IMG/VR virus record: IMGVR_UViG_3300042564_004142
Strand: one strand, 5' to 3'
DNA: 35,737 nucleotides
Source: a virus
The notes below the pieces were generated by a model. The model did no database searches. It had not been told where the DNA came from and worked only from the letters and a program-made list of their open reading frames with translations. Both the position numbers and the translations under genes were made by a program. This document shows, in pieces, positions 33,288 through 35,737 of this stretch. The number at the start of each line of letters is the position of its first letter. Within the stretch, counting starts at the first letter, position 1.

Positions 33288-33343
33288 GTCTTTTTTTTCG
33301 ATGTTGTTAAAAAAACCATTTACGGATGAGGTCGTTGTATTTT

Positions 33344-34309
33344 TCACAAATCAAGTTTATCTGCGATCTGCTCCGGGCTTTCTCGGTAATACACCTGCAA
33401 GCTTTTCAAATCACGATGCCCGACCATACGCGCCAGATCGAGAATATCCAGCTTTTTAGCCAGGCGCGTAATGGCCTCAGCGCGTAAGTCGTGAAAATGC
33501 AGACCGTCAACCAAAGCTTTTTTCTTGGCCTTTCTAAAAAGCGCGTCTATATTTCTGGTGCTGATGTTAAAAACAGTATCAGCGTCTTTTGGTAAGTGCT
33601 CGATGATCTCTTTCGCTTTTTGAGACAGCGGCACATCCCTCGCGCTACCGTTTTTTGACTGGCCGATACGCGCCACCCTGCCTCGAACATCCTGCCAGCG
33701 CAATGCCGACATTTCCCCGGCTCTCATGCCTGTCTCAATGGCAAATTCAACCATAAGACCCAGCCTGCCTGTTTCGGTCGTCACGTTGTCTCCAAGTACG
33801 TGCCGCAGGGCGGCTATTTCCTGCGCGGTCGGTAGCCTGTCACGCGCCGGGGGTGGTGCTGGTTTCCTCACTCCGGTCATAGGGTTTTCTGTTATCCAGC
33901 GCCATTCGCGCAATGCAACATTGAACGCGTGACTAAGTAAATTCCACTCACGCCTGACGGTAGCTGCTGATACCTCTTTCAGTCGTCTGTCGCGCCACTT
34001 CCCGATATCGTCCCTGTCCAGATCGCCAAGTTTGACCTTCGCCAGCTCGTCGCGCATCAATAAGCCGATTCTGTCGCGCTCCCATTTGAAGCCACGTTTT
34101 CCGCTGCTGACTTCATCCATATACTTTTGAAGCAGGGCAGTGACGGTCTTGTTTGGCTGTCCTTTCTTTTTTCCCTCGACAATTTCGGCTTCGGTCACGC
34201 CAGCCCAGTACGACGCTTCGGTTTTTGTTCGGAATACTTTTGAGAGCCGAGTACCTAATTTATCGACCTGCGCTCTCCAGCCCGTATCGGTTTTGTAAAA
34301 ATGCGCCAC
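33344..34309 (-). CDS. int: Tyrosine site-specific integrase
   Basis: Catalytic motifs TGMRAGE (Arg), HFHDLRAEAIT (H-x-x-R) and VGHRDLKSLQVYY (His...Tyr). GTG start. Confidence 0.9.
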   Translation of the reverse strand: MAHFYKTDTGWRAQVDKLGTRLSKVFRTKTEASYWAGVTEAEIVEGKKKGQPNKTVTALLQKYMDEVSSGKRGFKWERDRIGLLMRDELAKVKLGDLDRDDIGKWRDRRLKEVSAATVRREWNLLSHAFNVALREWRWITENPMTGVRKPAPPPARDRLPTAQEIAALRHVLGDNVTTETGRLGLMVEFAIETGMRAGEMSALRWQDVRGRVARIGQSKNGSARDVPLSQKAKEIIEHLPKDADTVFNISTRNIDALFRKAKKKALVDGLHFHDLRAEAITRLAKKLDILDLARMVGHRDLKSLQVYYRESPEQIADKLDL

Positions 34310-34330
34310 GCTTTCCCCATTCCCCCATTT

Positions 34331-34348
34331 TGGGGGATTTGTGGGGGG
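34331..34348 (+). repeat. G-rich direct repeat copy 1, TGGGGGATTTGTGGGGGG
   Basis: Near-identical to 34526..34544. An imperfect inverted copy, CCCCATTCCCCCA, lies at 34315..34327. Confidence 0.8.
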
Positions 34349-34525
34349 AAATTATAGGCTTTATATGGTTTTAAGTGGCACAAAGATAATTGCAGAAAAG
34401 CAACTAGGGCTTCTCTGCGTGGTTAAAATGGCTTTGTGGGGTAAAAAGTGGCATTAGGTGTTTGCCGTGTTGGTGCCCAGAAGAGGACTAGCAAACCTAG
34501 TATTTATGCGGGTTTTCACGATTTA

Positions 34526-34544
34526 TGGGGGATTTTTGGGGGGG
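34526..34544 (+). repeat. G-rich direct repeat copy 2, TGGGGGATTTTTGGGGGGG
   Basis: Direct repeat of 34331..34348, about 195 bp away. Confidence 0.8.
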
Positions 34545-34643
34545 TAAAGAGCGGTACGGTGGCTAAACCCTCGCTCAAGCCGACCCTCGTCGGCGTATCA
34601 GGTTTGCTCGCTTTGGTCATGTCGCTCGAACTTTTCTGTCATT

Positions 34644-34907
34644 TCACTTTCCCCGTTGATTCATTGCCCACTCGACGACTTCCTTGGCCGGAAACAACGG
34701 TCTGCCACCATTGATTCGTATGGCTTTGGGGAATCCCGCATAAGTCAGGTATTTGTTCCGAAAAGACTTCGGCTCACGCTTTAAGTAGTTTGCGCAAGTC
34801 TCAATGTCCCACAAATCAATTTCGACTGGTATGCTCGGCTTGATCTTGCTGGCTACCTTGAGTGCCAGTGCGTCTAGTACATCCATGCTGATGTCGTTAG
34901 CTTTCAT
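34644..34907 (-). CDS. xis: Excisionase-like / AlpA-MerR-type HTH DNA-binding protein
   Basis: LWDIETCANYLKREPKSFRNKYLTYAGFPKAIRINGGRPLFPAKEVVEW has the excisionase-family HTH pattern. Start at ATG 34907 with an AAGGGG SD; the track start at 34934 is a TTG. Confidence 0.6.
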   Translation of the reverse strand: MKANDISMDVLDALALKVASKIKPSIPVEIDLWDIETCANYLKREPKSFRNKYLTYAGFPKAIRINGGRPLFPAKEVVEWAMNQRGK

Positions 34908-35088
34908 CTTTGCCCCTTTCTTTGATTGTTTCAAGCAACAGCTTGATGCCGTTGCCGCTGTCCATGTGCCGCCGTCCGGTTTCAGTGTTGTACCTGATGC
35001 CTCGCTCGTCCACCCATGATTTCCCGGCGCGTCGTATCTTGATGCGCTCAGTGCCGGTGATGCGTTGTAGTAGTGCGGTGTGAGTCAT
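34897..35088 (-). CDS. Hypothetical protein (63 aa)
   Basis: GGAG SD. Overlaps the xis start by 11 nt. Confidence 0.5.
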   Translation of the reverse strand: MTHTALLQRITGTERIKIRRAGKSWVDERGIRYNTETGRRHMDSGNGIKLLLETIKERGKDES

Positions 35089-35101
35089 TTCATTACTCCG
35101 A

Positions 35102-35572
35102 TCATTTTCGCGGCATCACGAAAATGGTTTTAACGGTGCGACCGCAGCCGGGGCAGAATCTGAAATTATTTTCTTCCGGGGTTCCTTCGGTGATCGACCA
35201 GCGCTCGCCACACTCAGCGTCCCACGCTCCTTCATCGTCATCGTGTGTCCAGGTGCAGGCCGGGGGGTTAATTAGCTGCGCATGCTCTGCCACCTTTTCA
35301 ACCGTCACAACGTCAATTGACCCATCAACGATACGCAGCAATGTGCCGGGTGGCGACCCGAACCCGCGCCCGTCAAACAGTTTTGCCGAGTAGCGACGAC
35401 CGTGAATGGTCAGCACATCCGCAGCCGGGGCGTAGCTGATCCAGTCGGGAATGCGCGGCGGCTCTGCCAGCGCAGTGCTAAGTGCTTTGATGGTTCCTGT
35501 GCGCCCTGCCGGGTTGTCTTGTTCCAACGCCTCCATCGCTTGCTGTGCTGCGGCCCTAAGTTTGTCGGTCAT
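35102..35572 (-). CDS. Hypothetical protein with a C-terminal 4-Cys zinc ribbon (156 aa)
   Basis: C-x13-C...CPGC (PACTWTHDDDEGAWDAECG...FRFCPGCG). Start overlaps the upstream stop (ATGA). Confidence 0.6.
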   Translation of the reverse strand: MTDKLRAAAQQAMEALEQDNPAGRTGTIKALSTALAEPPRIPDWISYAPAADVLTIHGRRYSAKLFDGRGFGSPPGTLLRIVDGSIDVVTVEKVAEHAQLINPPACTWTHDDDEGAWDAECGERWSITEGTPEENNFRFCPGCGRTVKTIFVMPRK

Positions 35573-35737
35573 TTCTCACCCCTTGCTAAAATGTTGAAAT
35601 TAGGCTCGCCTATGATTTGAATATGCACATACTGACCATCTAGTGTGCTAACAAGACCAGCTTGTATCAGCTCCCCACCATGCACCCTATGTTCAAAGGT
35701 GCTTTCGTCATTGTCATCGGTCACTTCGAGAGATAAA
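35569..35737 (-). CDS. C-terminal part of the 86-aa junction-spanning ORF (see 1..124)
   Basis: In-frame continuation ...ESTFEHRVHGGELIQAGLVSTLDGQYVHIQIIGEPNFNILARGEK, with the stop at 35569..35571. Confidence 0.6.
   Translation of the reverse strand, partial: LSLEVTDDNDESTFEHRVHGGELIQAGLVSTLDGQYVHIQIIGEPNFNILARGEK
35706..35737. repeat. Right copy of the 32-nt terminal direct repeat
   Basis: Exact match to 1..32. It lies inside a coding frame, so it is not a physical genome end. Confidence 0.95.

Larger units (their letters stand above)
34310..34643. other. attP candidate region with arm-type repeat sets
   Basis: 334-bp non-coding gap between the xis-like gene and int. It holds two TGGGGGATTT(G/TT)TGGGGGG repeats and three GGTWWAARTGGC repeats (34368, 34421, 34440). 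Confidence 0.45.
1..35737. mobile_element. Complete temperate tailed-phage genome with lambda-like gene order and a long non-contractile-tail gene set, assembled as a circle
   Basis: Integrase, excisionase-like gene, cI/Cro switch, terminase, portal, capsid, tail and lysis genes are all present. There is an exact 32-nt terminal overlap and an ORF crosses the junction. Confidence 0.85.

Noticed and set aside
34471-34502. TGGTGCCCAGAAGAGGAC..., which looks like the reverse complement of a tRNA 3' end (a possible tRNA-derived attP core).
   Set aside because: When folded by hand, the putative T-arm has no complementary stem (CCTCT lacks an AGAGG partner) and there is no TTCRA loop. It is not a tRNA fragment that I can support.

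Overview
The window is a complete, circularly closed temperate tailed-phage genome. Positions 1..32 are repeated exactly at 35706..35737, and a minus-strand ORF reads in frame across that junction, so the unique length is 35,705 bp. The layout is lambda-like.

(i) Immunity region (about 2113..4475). A LexA/cI-type S24 repressor is divergent from a Cro-like gene. Two near-identical early promoters (TTGACT-N17-TTTAAT) flank it, each overlapped by a 13-bp AAACA-N3-TGTTT palindrome.

(ii) Rightward early genes: CII-like, a winged-helix protein, a cysteine-less primase-zinc-finger-like protein and a Q-like regulator. I found no recognisable replication or recombination module.

(iii) A roughly 25-kb plus-strand late operon, in this order:
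- Nu1-like and GpA-like terminase
- a four-gene insertion
- a gpW fusion
- a lambda-family portal
- a prohead protease-major capsid fusion
- connectors and the tail tube
- G/GT chaperones with a GGGAAAC -1 slippery site
- tape measure
- a GTA/lambda M-L-K-J-like tip module
- tail fibre
- holin plus a GH24 endolysin
- an HNH endonuclease

(iv) A leftward arm that crosses the contig junction. It carries moron-like genes (HD phosphohydrolase, outer-membrane beta-barrel, small membrane proteins), an excisionase-like gene, a repeat-rich attP candidate and a tyrosine integrase.

Several visibly AT-rich islands sit in an otherwise GC-rich genome: the immunity region, 6603..7680, the tail-fibre 3' half and 218..460.

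The most interesting candidate is a gene pair in exactly the slot that rexA/rexB occupies in lambda, between the repressor and the PL-like promoter. It encodes a TerB-like/BRCT protein translationally coupled to the repressor (TAATG), followed by a zinc-ribbon single-pass membrane protein. I propose it as an uncharacterised prophage exclusion or abortive-infection pair.

No tRNA, rRNA, CRISPR array or transposase was seen. All homology statements come from motif recognition by eye, not from database searches.
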